Assembly (NCBI GenBank): GCA_965215005.1
Contig: CBDCCZ010000006.1
Span: 171,720-235,719, forward strand
Direction of reading: 5' to 3'
Length of the DNA: 64,000 bases
From: Kofleriaceae bacterium
Lineage (GTDB): Bacteria > Myxococcota_A > Polyangia > Haliangiales > Haliangiaceae
Positions within the stretch are counted from its first letter, which is position 1; each line of letters starts with the position of its first letter. This document shows positions 51,433 through 61,119 of this stretch, in pieces. Position numbers and translations under genes: made by a program. The notes beneath the pieces are model-generated. The model did no database searches. It saw only the letters and a program-made list of their open reading frames with translations, and was not told the origin of the DNA.

Positions 51433-53259
51433 TCAATGGTCGGGGTCGCTCGCGCTTGCGGCCACCGCTCGGGCCAGAATTTCAGCCACCTTGCCGGCGA
51501 TTGGCTGCTGGTCGAGCTCCTCGAGCCGCACCGGCAGCGGGATGCTCCAGTTGGCCCGCTCGGCATCCGCACCCGGAATGTTGGGCCGGCGCTCGAGGCC
51601 CAGTAGATCCTCCAAGGTCGCGCACAGCAGCACCGAGGGCGCGCGCGCCAGCGCTCGATGCGCCGCCAGCACCGCGTCGTCGGTCGAGGCTGCCTCGCCT
51701 GGCGGCAACTCTTTGGCGAGCCGCGCGCGAATCTCGTCGGTCCCTTCGACGTTAGGTTGTAGGCCCAGAGAGCGTTGCTCTTCGAGATCGGCCCCGCTCC
51801 ACAGTCCCGCGACCGTCGGCAGATCGTGCGTGGTAATCGCCGCCATCGCGGCAGGCGGCCACTGCTTCGGATCCGAGTCTTCGAACCACAGTAGCCGATA
51901 CGACAACAGCTTGCGGCGCAGCAGCTCCTCGCGAAATTCTTCGACCACGGTGCCCAAGTCTTCGCCGACCACGACCGCGCGCGCCCTGTGACTCTCGAGT
52001 GCGATGATCCGCAACAGGTCGGAAGCGGGGTAACGAACATAGGCGCCGCGAGCGGCTCCGGCGCCGCTGGGAATCCACCACAGTCGATAAAGACCCATCA
52101 CGTGGTCGATGCGCAGCCCGCCGCCATGAGCCAATGCGGCGCGAATACTGTCGACGAACGGCCGATATCCCGCGTGCGCCAGCTTCCAAGGCACCAGCGG
52201 CGGCAGCCCCCAGTTTTGGCCCTGGGTATTGAACATGTCCGGCGGCGCGCCGACGGCGACGTCTTCTGCGAGCACGTCTTGAAACGCCCAGGCATCGAGC
52301 CCATCGGGATCAAAGCCAATCGGCAAGTCCGTGATGACACGCAATCGCCGACTGGCGGCTTCGAGCTGATTGCGACACAGCGACTGCACCCAGCACCAGA
52401 AGCCAACCCGATCCGCGGCGTCAGCGGCAAATCGCGCCACCGCCGGGCTCGATGGATGCCGCAGCTCGCTCGGCCACGCCCGCCACGACGGACCGTGCTG
52501 CTCGGCGAGCGCGCAGTAGATCCCGTACTCGCGCAACGCCTGGCTCGGCTCTTCGGCGAGCCGCTCGCTCTGCAATCGCCAGATTCGCCCCAGTGCCCCG
52601 AGCTTGAGCCGCCACACGGCATCTCGATCGAGCTCGCTTCGCTCATTGAGGCCGCGCCCGGCAGCAGCGAGAGCCTCGAGGTCGGCTGCCTCGGCTCCTG
52701 GTAGCTCCTCGATGCGCAGATACAGCGGCGAGAGAAACCGCCGCGTCGTCGGGAAGTATGGGCTCGCTTGTTGCGGAACCGTCGGAGCGGCGGCGCAGAG
52801 CGGGTTGACGAGCAGCATTTCGGCGCCGCGCTCCGCCGACCAATCCGCGAGGCCGCGCAAGTCAGCGAGATCGCCCATGCCCCAGCTGTGGCGCGAACGC
52901 GCCGCATAGAGTTGCGTCGCGAGCCCCCAGGCGCGCCAGCCGGTCGGCAGGTAGCACGTCGGCGGACACACGATGATCGCCTGGGCGCCGCCATCGCTGT
53001 GGAGCGTGTGATATCCAAGCGGCAAATCCGCCGGCAGCTGCCCGCGCACCGCCTGCTCGGTGCCGTCCTCCAGCGCCAGCACCCCCGCCGCCACCGCCGG
53101 CGTTTGCCCTGCCTCTAGCACCAGCGTCGCCGCGCGCTCGGGCGGCACGCCTATGCGCTCGCGCAACAGCGCGATGGTGTCAGCATCGGTCTCTTGCAGC
53201 GTTCCGAACGCGTCTTGGTACGACGCTTCGATCCCCCACGGGTCTCGCTTACTCGCCAT
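51433..53259 (-). CDS. malQ: 4-alpha-glucanotransferase (amylomaltase, GH77)
   Basis: QLYAARS, GMGDLADL, SPYFP, DLPIG, GAPPD, GQNWGLPP, RIDHVMG, GEDLG, THDLPT; GGAGG RBS before ATG 53259. Confidence 0.93.
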   Translation of the reverse strand: MASKRDPWGIEASYQDAFGTLQETDADTIALLRERIGVPPERAATLVLEAGQTPAVAAGVLALEDGTEQAVRGQLPADLPLGYHTLHSDGGAQAIIVCPPTCYLPTGWRAWGLATQLYAARSRHSWGMGDLADLRGLADWSAERGAEMLLVNPLCAAAPTVPQQASPYFPTTRRFLSPLYLRIEELPGAEAADLEALAAAGRGLNERSELDRDAVWRLKLGALGRIWRLQSERLAEEPSQALREYGIYCALAEQHGPSWRAWPSELRHPSSPAVARFAADAADRVGFWCWVQSLCRNQLEAASRRLRVITDLPIGFDPDGLDAWAFQDVLAEDVAVGAPPDMFNTQGQNWGLPPLVPWKLAHAGYRPFVDSIRAALAHGGGLRIDHVMGLYRLWWIPSGAGAARGAYVRYPASDLLRIIALESHRARAVVVGEDLGTVVEEFREELLRRKLLSYRLLWFEDSDPKQWPPAAMAAITTHDLPTVAGLWSGADLEEQRSLGLQPNVEGTDEIRARLAKELPPGEAASTDDAVLAAHRALARAPSVLLCATLEDLLGLERRPNIPGADAERANWSIPLPVRLEELDQQPIAGKVAEILARAVAASASDPDH

Positions 53260-53462
53260 TCGCAGCATCCTCCCGCCGCGACTGCGGCGCGACCGCCCTA
53301 CCTGCACGCATAGGGCCAACCGGCGCCAGCCTCGAGCCAACGTGCTTCTCGATCCTCGGGACACGCGACAGAAGAAACCAACCTCCCTGACCTGCCCGCG
53401 ACCGCGCAGCACGCGCGTCCACCGACACGAGAGTCGTGAAACTACCGTATGGTGTAACGGCA

Positions 53463-56400
53463 ATGTCGAAGCCATCTCGCTTCGCAATCCGGCGCCGCCT
53501 AGGTGCCGGTGCCATGGGAGTCGTTTACGAAGCGTTCGATCAGCAGCGCCAGCTGCCGGTTGCTCTCAAGACGATGCGCTCATTTGATCCGGTCGAGCTG
53601 TATCGCTTCAAACGCGAGTTCCGCTCGGTGAGCGACCTAGCCCACCCCAACGTCATCGCTCTCTATGATTTGACTCGCGAGGATGGAGCTTGGTTTCTGG
53701 CCATGGAGTTGGTCGATGGCAGCGATTTCCTCACCTATGTCCGTCGCGCCCAGGCGCCGGAGCAACCGCCGCTCAGTGCCCTTGCCACCGCCGTGCTGTC
53801 GAGCTCGGCACCGGCGCCGTCGGTGAGCCTTGGCGCCTCGCTCGCGTCGGAGGCGGCAACCGGCGCCACTCACGGCGCAGCGCTCCTGCGCGGCAACGCT
53901 CACGCGGTCCTGCCCATGCGTCCCGAGCAGCGCCCGTCGCTGGCCTCGCGCCTCGAGCTGCCGCGGCTCATCGAGGCGCTCGCGCAGCTCGCGACGGGGC
54001 TCATTGCGCTGCACCATGCCGGCGTCATTCACCGCGACATCAAGTCTTCCAACGCGCTGGTGCATCGCGACGGACGAGTGGTCATCACCGACTTCGGCGT
54101 CGTTGCCGAAGAGAGCCGCGTGAGTCGTGTGGGCCTGCACGATCGCACCGCCGGCACGGTTGCGTACATGGCGCCCGAGCAGTCGGCAGGCGCGGCTCCG
54201 GCGCCCGCTAGCGACTGGTACGCGGTGGGTGTGCTGCTCTACGTCGCCCTCACCGGCAGCCATCCGTTCATCGGCAGCCAAACCGCGATCCTCACCGCCA
54301 AGCGCGCGGGCGTGGTGCCGCGACGTCCCGATGAGCTCATGGACGACATTCCCGCTGAGCTGGCTGCGCTGTGCATGCAGCTTCTGGCCGCTGCTCCCGA
54401 AGCCCGTCCCACGGGTGCCGAGCTCCTCGATCGACTCGGCCACCCGCTGCCCATCCGCCCTCGCCGCACCGCCGACTTCGTTGGCCGCGACGGCGAGCTT
54501 GCCCGCCTCACCGCCGCATTCAAGCGCGCTTGCAGCACCGGCGTGGCAACCTCGGCGTGCATTGCTGGGGTCGCTGGAATGGGCAAGACCCGAACCATCG
54601 AGGAGCTCACGCTTCGCCTGTCGCGGCGTCCGTCGCCGCCGGTCATTCTCATGGGGCGTTGTCACGAGCGCGAGAGCCTGCCCTTCAACGGCCTTGACGG
54701 TGTCGTCGACGATCTCACCCTGCACCTCGCAACCCTCGCCGATAGCACCCGGCGCGTGCTCATCAGTGATAGCGCCGCGTGGATCTCGCATCTGTTCCCG
54801 GTGTTCCTGCGGCTCGACCCAAACCGGCCGCTGCTCGAAGCTGCCACCGCCGATGAAACGCGTCGCGTCGCGCTCGAGCGGTTCATCGAGGTCCTGGCGC
54901 GGCTTGCCGATTTGCAGCCGTTGGTCCTTTGCGTCGACGATTGGCAGTGGGCCGACGCCGGCAGCCTCGAGCTCCGCGATACGCTGACAGCGCTGCGCGC
55001 GCCCATTTTTGTCGTGGTCGCGGAGCGCGGAGCTCAAGCGTCGGCCGCCCCGGTGGACGAGCAGATCGTGCTGCAAGCGCTCGAGCCCGACGCCCAATCG
55101 CAACTCATCAACCAGCTGTGTCCCGCGGCGGAGCCCGAGCATGCGGTGTGGAGCGCCGCTGGCGGCATCCCTCTCCTGCTCGTGGAGCTGGCCGCCCACG
55201 TTGCTCTTGCCGGCGATGAGTCATCGAATTGGGATCTTCTAGAAGTGGTTCGCCAACGCGTTCAGCCACTCGAGCCAGCGGCGCAGCGGGCAGCGGAACT
55301 ACTGGCCATCGCCAGTGATCCGGTTGCCGTTGCGGTGCTGGGAGCAGCGCTGCGCCTCGAGCCCGAGGAGCGCGAACGCGTCGTGCTGGCACTGCGGGCC
55401 GCCGGAGTGATCGCAACGGTCAACGTGGTCGGAGATGCATCGGTCGAGCCGGCGCACGCGGCGGTGCGCGCTGCGCTACTTGAGCACCTGCCGCCCAAAC
55501 GTTGCGCCGCGCTCCACCTGCGGCTCGCCGAGGCCCTCGAAGCGTGGGGTCACGCGCCAGCCGCCGTGCTCATGCATCATTTCAAAGCGGGTGGTGACCC
55601 GCTGCGCGCGGCCCACTATGGCGCGCAGTTCGCCGCCGACGCCGCACGCCAGCTCGCGTTCGACCGTGCCGAGGGGCTCTATCGCGAAGCGCTCGCGCTG
55701 CTCGAAGGGCGCGTCGCCAGCGCGCTGCGATGTCGACTGCATCTGGCGCTGGCGCAAAACCTGCGGATGTTTGGCGGCGACACCACCGCCATGGCTGCTG
55801 AGCTCGAGCAAGCCGAGGTGCTGGCGCAGCGCACCGGCGAGGTCGCCACCTTGGCCGAGATCTTCAATCTCCGTGGCAACATCGCGTTCCGCCATGGCGA
55901 CGTCGCAACCTGCACCGCGGCGCACCAGCGGGCGCAAATTGCCGCTCGCTCGGCAGCAGCGCCATTGGCCGAGCTGCGGGCGGTCAGCGGCTTGGGCGAT
56001 GCCTGCATCATGTCCGGCGCGCTGGCTCACGCGCAGACACACTATGCCGAGGCGTTGGCGCTGGCCGAGCCGCTCGGCAACAGCGACGCCCTGGTGAGCA
56101 ACGCGGCGACCTTCGCCGGGGTGAGCTTCTTTCTCCTCGATTGGCAGCGCGGCGCCGTCAAGGCCGCCGAAGCGCTCGAGCGCGCTCGAGCCGAGCGACT
56201 TCCGCGCGGCCAAGTCGTCGCTGGCGGCATCTACAGCATGTTTCTCGACCAACGGGGCCACTACGACCAAGCGCTGGAGATCGTCGAGGAAGCCCTTGCG
56301 GCGGCTCGAATGCTGCGCCAGCCCCGGCTCGAATGTGCTGCACTGGCCTCGCGGGGGCGCGCGTTGCTGCGGCTGCGACGCCTTGCCGAAGCGCGCGACT

Positions 56401-56858
56401 CGGCGGCGGCAGCGATCGCACTGGCCGACGCCGGTCACGGCATCATGGGCGCCGCCGAGGCCTACCTGGTGCTGGCGTGGGCCGAGCCCTCGACGTCGAA
56501 GCGCACCGGACTCCTCGACCGCGCCGAGCAGCACGCCCGCCGCATGCGCTTTCCCGGCAACTTCCTGCCGCTCCACACCGACGGCATCGACATCGCCCTC
56601 GAGCTTGGCGACTACGCTCGCGTCCACCGCTACGTCGCCGCCTTGCAAGGCTACTCCGACGACGTTGCTCGCACCTGGGCGGCCTTCTTCGGCATGCGCG
56701 CCCGCATCTTGCTCGCGCGAGCAGCAGACAGCGAGCCGCTAGCCCAGCGCGCGCATCACGACTTCCGCAGCATCGGACGCGAGCTGCGCGAGTTTATCAA
56801 CTGGGCCACCGAGCTCGGCGCCACCGCCGCGCTCGAAGCCCTCCGCGAGCCGCAGTAA
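53463..56858 (+). CDS. Ser/Thr protein kinase - AAA/STAND NTPase - TPR-like protein
   Basis: LGAGAMGVVY, VALK, HRDIKSSN, DFG, YMAPE; Walker A GVAGMGKT, Walker B LCVDDWQWAD; helical repeats. Confidence 0.92.
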   Translation: MSKPSRFAIRRRLGAGAMGVVYEAFDQQRQLPVALKTMRSFDPVELYRFKREFRSVSDLAHPNVIALYDLTREDGAWFLAMELVDGSDFLTYVRRAQAPEQPPLSALATAVLSSSAPAPSVSLGASLASEAATGATHGAALLRGNAHAVLPMRPEQRPSLASRLELPRLIEALAQLATGLIALHHAGVIHRDIKSSNALVHRDGRVVITDFGVVAEESRVSRVGLHDRTAGTVAYMAPEQSAGAAPAPASDWYAVGVLLYVALTGSHPFIGSQTAILTAKRAGVVPRRPDELMDDIPAELAALCMQLLAAAPEARPTGAELLDRLGHPLPIRPRRTADFVGRDGELARLTAAFKRACSTGVATSACIAGVAGMGKTRTIEELTLRLSRRPSPPVILMGRCHERESLPFNGLDGVVDDLTLHLATLADSTRRVLISDSAAWISHLFPVFLRLDPNRPLLEAATADETRRVALERFIEVLARLADLQPLVLCVDDWQWADAGSLELRDTLTALRAPIFVVVAERGAQASAAPVDEQIVLQALEPDAQSQLINQLCPAAEPEHAVWSAAGGIPLLLVELAAHVALAGDESSNWDLLEVVRQRVQPLEPAAQRAAELLAIASDPVAVAVLGAALRLEPEERERVVLALRAAGVIATVNVVGDASVEPAHAAVRAALLEHLPPKRCAALHLRLAEALEAWGHAPAAVLMHHFKAGGDPLRAAHYGAQFAADAARQLAFDRAEGLYREALALLEGRVASALRCRLHLALAQNLRMFGGDTTAMAAELEQAEVLAQRTGEVATLAEIFNLRGNIAFRHGDVATCTAAHQRAQIAARSAAAPLAELRAVSGLGDACIMSGALAHAQTHYAEALALAEPLGNSDALVSNAATFAGVSFFLLDWQRGAVKAAEALERARAERLPRGQVVAGGIYSMFLDQRGHYDQALEIVEEALAAARMLRQPRLECAALASRGRALLRLRRLAEARDSAAAAIALADAGHGIMGAAEAYLVLAWAEPSTSKRTGLLDRAEQHARRMRFPGNFLPLHTDGIDIALELGDYARVHRYVAALQGYSDDVARTWAAFFGMRARILLARAADSEPLAQRAHHDFRSIGRELREFINWATELGATAALEALREPQ

Positions 56859-56868
56859 CCGCGGGCGC

Positions 56869-57705
56869 TTAGCGCTGCGCGGCGGCCAGGGACTCGAGCT
56901 TGCGCTCGGTCTTCTCGCGCAGGCGAGGCGAGATGTCGAGCTCGAGGAGCCGGCGGCAGGTTGCTTCGGCGCCGGCGTAGTCTTTGAGCATCTCCAGGGT
57001 GAGGCACTTGTTGAACACGTAGGGCGGCGCCTCGACCATGTCGATGGCCGCGTTGAAGTCGGTGAGCGCCCCGGCGAAGTTACGTGCATGGAACTTTTTC
57101 TTGCCTTTCTCGGCAAACGTTTCCGCCATGGCCAGCGCGTTCGCCTCGACCTCGCTGTCGGGCTCTGGCGCCTCTTCCACCACCCGCGCCCGCCGCGGCA
57201 GCGCGCAACCCGATGCGGTCATGAGCTCGGAAACCCGCGTGGCGGCGGCGTCTACCGCTTCGGAGAGCATGCCGCCCCCGGCGATGGCGCCGGACGATGA
57301 CACGCCAACGATCTCCGCCGAGCCGAGGAGCTCTCCGGTCGGCGCGTCGGTGAGCGCCACCGCGACCTCGACCTGCGCGCGGCCCATGTTATCGAGGAGG
57401 TTGTCGCTAGCGGCACGTGCCTCGAGGACCTGTAAGTCGAGAATGAGATCGGCGCCGTCGGTGCCCTCACGGTTGGCGCTGAGCACCTGACCAAAGCGAC
57501 AGTCGTTGCGCAGCCGCGAAATGGTCAAGGCTTCGAGTGCCGCCATCTCGCGAAAATCCGTGGCATTGGATTCAGCCCGCACGACCACGGTCTGGTAGAC
57601 GTCGAGCGGCTCGTCCATCGCGCGCATCGCGCGCACTTTTGATTGCGCCGCGCAGCCAACGAGCAGCATTGCGACCATCCCCAAGCAAAACCGGCTAACG
57701 CTCAT
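56869..57705 (-). CDS. Lipoprotein with DUF4410-like alpha/beta domain and C-terminal TPR
   Basis: AAAGGAG RBS; lipobox LVGC; LTDAPTGELLG; TPR-like GKKKFHARNFAGALTDF...YVFNKCLTLEMLKDY. Confidence 0.7.
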   Translation of the reverse strand: MSVSRFCLGMVAMLLVGCAAQSKVRAMRAMDEPLDVYQTVVVRAESNATDFREMAALEALTISRLRNDCRFGQVLSANREGTDGADLILDLQVLEARAASDNLLDNMGRAQVEVAVALTDAPTGELLGSAEIVGVSSSGAIAGGGMLSEAVDAAATRVSELMTASGCALPRRARVVEEAPEPDSEVEANALAMAETFAEKGKKKFHARNFAGALTDFNAAIDMVEAPPYVFNKCLTLEMLKDYAGAEATCRRLLELDISPRLREKTERKLESLAAAQR

Positions 57706-57908
57706 GCGCTGCTCCTTTATCACAGCTGGCGCGGGAAGGCGGGCGCCATCACGCCCGAGCACGATTGGCCGAGGCAACCTGCCAGATCGGAAGCTTCAGT
57801 TGCCACTGGTCTGCGCCGGAGCCCGCAGCGCAGGCGCCTAAACGTCCAAAATTGCATCCACTGAGTGCTAGCACGCGCCGGTACGATGCTTGCTGATTGG
57901 AGCCCGCG

Positions 57909-60900
57909 ATGCCGTACATTGCCCAACTCCGCTTGCCAGCTCTGGCGGTCGCCGTCGCCTTGTTAGGTTGCAGCGGCAATAACCGCTCCGCCCCGACTCC
58001 CAACGACGACGCCGCCGACTCGGCCCGCGCTCCGCAGCGTCCCGCCGGCGAGCTCGGCTACGATCAGGTCCCGCAATATCAATCGATCGCAGTCGATGCC
58101 AACGGCTTCTTGATCGACGGCCAATACCGGCTGCTGCGCGGCGGCACGCTGCAGTGGTTCCGACTGCCCGAAGAGGTATGGGAAGACCGCCTGCGCCGTT
58201 TCAAAGCCGCAGGCTTTAACACGGTCGACATTTACGTCCCCTGGAACGTCATCGAGCCGCGCGAAGGCGAGTTCAACTTCGAGCAGCCAAATCTGCGTCA
58301 CTTCTTGACGCTGGCGCAAAAACACGGCCTTTACGTTTACTTCCGCCCGGGTCCGTACATCACCAATGAGATGGACGGAGGCGGGTTGCCGGCGTGGCTC
58401 GTGCCCCACACGACCAAGAAGAGCCGTGAGGCAGACGGCAGGCCCAACTTACGCGTCGATGATCCCGACTACCTCGCCGCATCTGAGCGCTACTTGCGCG
58501 CCCTCAACGAGCACATCCGCCCGTTTCTCATCACCAACGGCGGACCGATCATTCTCTACGCCATCGAGAATGAGTACGACTGGTTCGAGATCTTCTTTCA
58601 AGTCGACAAGCTGTTCTGGTACGGCGGCGGCCCCGAGCGCAGCCTCACCCAAGGCACCAACACGCGCCAATACATGGCTGCGCTGCGCGATATCGCCCTA
58701 AACAGCGGCATCGACGTTCCCATCACGACGTGCCCAGGCTCGGCCAAGGTTGCCGGAACAGGCGACGTCGACGGCGTCATCCCGATGCCCAACATCTACA
58801 AAAGCGAAGGCATCGAGAAGATCGCTTACGACATCGTCACCTCGATGCACGATCCGCAGCGCTTCGGCGGCAACTACACGGGCTTCCCTTCGGGCAGCAC
58901 CGAGACCGAGCGTACCGTCGCGCGGATGAAGCGGCTGTTTAGTGGCGGCCTCGATGGCTTCTTTGCCTTCAACGTAGTGGGCATGCACACGCCCGGCTAT
59001 CAGAACTCGGTCGTGCTCAACAACGCCGGTCCCAAGGCGGTGTTCGATCTGTCGGTCGACGCGGCGCTCAATGCCTTTGTCGCTCCCGAGGTTGCCTATT
59101 TCCACAACGTCATCGATTACTACGGCGCCATTAGCGCCTCGGGAACGCTGCGCGAGAAGTTCTGGAGCTTCCGCCGCGCCAACCTCTTCTACGACGCTTT
59201 CGAAGACGCTATCGGCGGGGTCCTGCACCCGCTGCGCAGCGGTGACTTCCGCGGTGCCGATGCTCGTTTGCAAGTTCGCCACCCGCTGCTGGGCGCCGAG
59301 GAAGGCAACCGGCGGGTGCACTACTGGATGCAGGCCGCCGATGGCACCCGCTTCGTCGGGCTCACCAACACCACAGGCACGGCGCAGACGGTGCCGCTCG
59401 GCTCTATCGAGCTCGAGGGTCGCACCTTGCCGCGTTACGAACCGATGACCGTCGTTGCCGAAACCATTCCGGGCCCGGATACGCCGAGCTCCGAGGCAAT
59501 CTACCAACACCTGCTGGTTGCTGATCTGCCCTTGGCCGCAGACACCCGGCTGTCGTACACGACCAGCGAGATCCTCACGTGGCGGCAATTCGGCGATAAG
59601 CGGCTGTTGGTCCTCTACGGTCCCGCTGGAGCCAGCGGCGAGCTAGCGATTGATGGCGCCGTCGAGATGACGCCTGCAGATGGATTCACCGCCCACGATG
59701 GTCAAAGCGATCTCGAGCTCAGTTACACCTATGGCGCGCCTGCCCACCTGCAGCTGCGCGTTGGAGCCGAGCGCATCGACGTGCTCGTGGTCAGCACCGA
59801 GCTCGCTGGGCGCTCTTGGTTCTTCCGCACTGCGAATGACGCGCCGATGCTCATCGCTGGAGCCGATTACGCCGCTCCGAGCCTAGTTCCCGGCAAGCTC
59901 GTTGACATCGAAGACACCCGCAACGCGCCGGAGCTCTTGGTGATGTCTACCGAATCCGTCACCCTCGACGGCTACGAGCTCAGCGAGCCGTGGGATGCGA
60001 CCGCCGGTCTCGGACATTTCCGCCGCGCCGCCGCCGCCGCGCCCGCCGCTTTCGACATTGCGCTTGCCCAAGGTCGCAGCACCGTCGATGCACCGCCCAC
60101 CGCGAGCTCCGTTGATGACCAGTGGCAGGCGCTCGAAGGCCAGCCGATGCCCCTCGAGCTCCTCGACATCCTCGAAGGTCACGCCTGGTACGTCACCGAG
60201 GTCGAGCTCGATGATCCGGCGCGCCACGGCAACTTGTACATCGAGCACGCCAGCGACATCGTCGGCATCTACGTCAACGGCACCTACATCACCACGGTGT
60301 CGCCGCTGGGTACCGAGATCGACAACCGCAGCTGGACGGCGACGTATCGCTTTCCCGACCTCACGCCGCATCTGCGCGCCGGCAAGAACGTCTTAGCGTT
60401 TCGCGTCGAGGTCTGGGGTCACGGCAGCTTCATGTGGCCGCGCGGCACGCTCATCGGCTCGCGCGCCAAGCTGCCGTCGCTCGGATTCGACGCCTTCAAG
60501 GGTCTCTGGGGCCGCGCTCGCCTAGGCAACACCTCGCTCAATCGCTGGTGGGTCCGCGGCGAGCTCGAAGGGGAGCGCCAGGCGGTGATGGCGCCCAGCT
60601 ATGACGACAGCGGTTGGCAACCAGCGGCGGTGCCGCTCGCGCTCGGCAAAGGCGACGTTCGCTGGTACCGCACCACCTTCGCCACCGATGCCTTGCCCGA
60701 TCCGAGCGAGGTATTCGCACCCGCTGTCCTCGCCCTCGCCGGCGCGCGGACCAAGGCCACCATCTTCGTCAACGGCACGCTCATCGGGCGCTGGCTCAGC
60801 GACGAGACCTGGCTCCAGCGAGGCAGTTGGGTGCGACCGCTACGCGCCATGTGGATGGTCCTTTCTCCTGACCACTTCCCCATCCCCGTCGAGACGCTGA

Positions 60901-61088
60901 CCACCGATGGCAGCCCGAACGTGCTTGCCGTGGCCTTCGAAGATGCCTCGGGTCCCGAAGAACAGGCCGGCGTCATCGAACGCATCGCCCTGCAGCCCGC
61001 CGCCGAGGAACGCGCGCCCGTCGCCAATCCCGCGCAGCCGCTGGTTTCGCGCCCCATGCACCGCGACGTCCTCAAGCTGAGCTACTGA
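57909..61088 (+). CDS. GH35 beta-galactosidase-like lipoprotein with C-terminal galactose-binding-like domains
   Basis: Lipobox LLGC; GFNTVDIYVPWN, RPGPYI, NGGPIILYAIENEY; two beta-sandwich domains (WY...IYVNG; WY...IFVNG). Confidence 0.85.
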   Translation: MPYIAQLRLPALAVAVALLGCSGNNRSAPTPNDDAADSARAPQRPAGELGYDQVPQYQSIAVDANGFLIDGQYRLLRGGTLQWFRLPEEVWEDRLRRFKAAGFNTVDIYVPWNVIEPREGEFNFEQPNLRHFLTLAQKHGLYVYFRPGPYITNEMDGGGLPAWLVPHTTKKSREADGRPNLRVDDPDYLAASERYLRALNEHIRPFLITNGGPIILYAIENEYDWFEIFFQVDKLFWYGGGPERSLTQGTNTRQYMAALRDIALNSGIDVPITTCPGSAKVAGTGDVDGVIPMPNIYKSEGIEKIAYDIVTSMHDPQRFGGNYTGFPSGSTETERTVARMKRLFSGGLDGFFAFNVVGMHTPGYQNSVVLNNAGPKAVFDLSVDAALNAFVAPEVAYFHNVIDYYGAISASGTLREKFWSFRRANLFYDAFEDAIGGVLHPLRSGDFRGADARLQVRHPLLGAEEGNRRVHYWMQAADGTRFVGLTNTTGTAQTVPLGSIELEGRTLPRYEPMTVVAETIPGPDTPSSEAIYQHLLVADLPLAADTRLSYTTSEILTWRQFGDKRLLVLYGPAGASGELAIDGAVEMTPADGFTAHDGQSDLELSYTYGAPAHLQLRVGAERIDVLVVSTELAGRSWFFRTANDAPMLIAGADYAAPSLVPGKLVDIEDTRNAPELLVMSTESVTLDGYELSEPWDATAGLGHFRRAAAAAPAAFDIALAQGRSTVDAPPTASSVDDQWQALEGQPMPLELLDILEGHAWYVTEVELDDPARHGNLYIEHASDIVGIYVNGTYITTVSPLGTEIDNRSWTATYRFPDLTPHLRAGKNVLAFRVEVWGHGSFMWPRGTLIGSRAKLPSLGFDAFKGLWGRARLGNTSLNRWWVRGELEGERQAVMAPSYDDSGWQPAAVPLALGKGDVRWYRTTFATDALPDPSEVFAPAVLALAGARTKATIFVNGTLIGRWLSDETWLQRGSWVRPLRAMWMVLSPDHFPIPVETLTTDGSPNVLAVAFEDASGPEEQAGVIERIALQPAAEERAPVANPAQPLVSRPMHRDVLKLSY

Positions 61089-61119
61089 CTGCCGAGTCGC
61101 CACACGCGCCGCCAACCAG

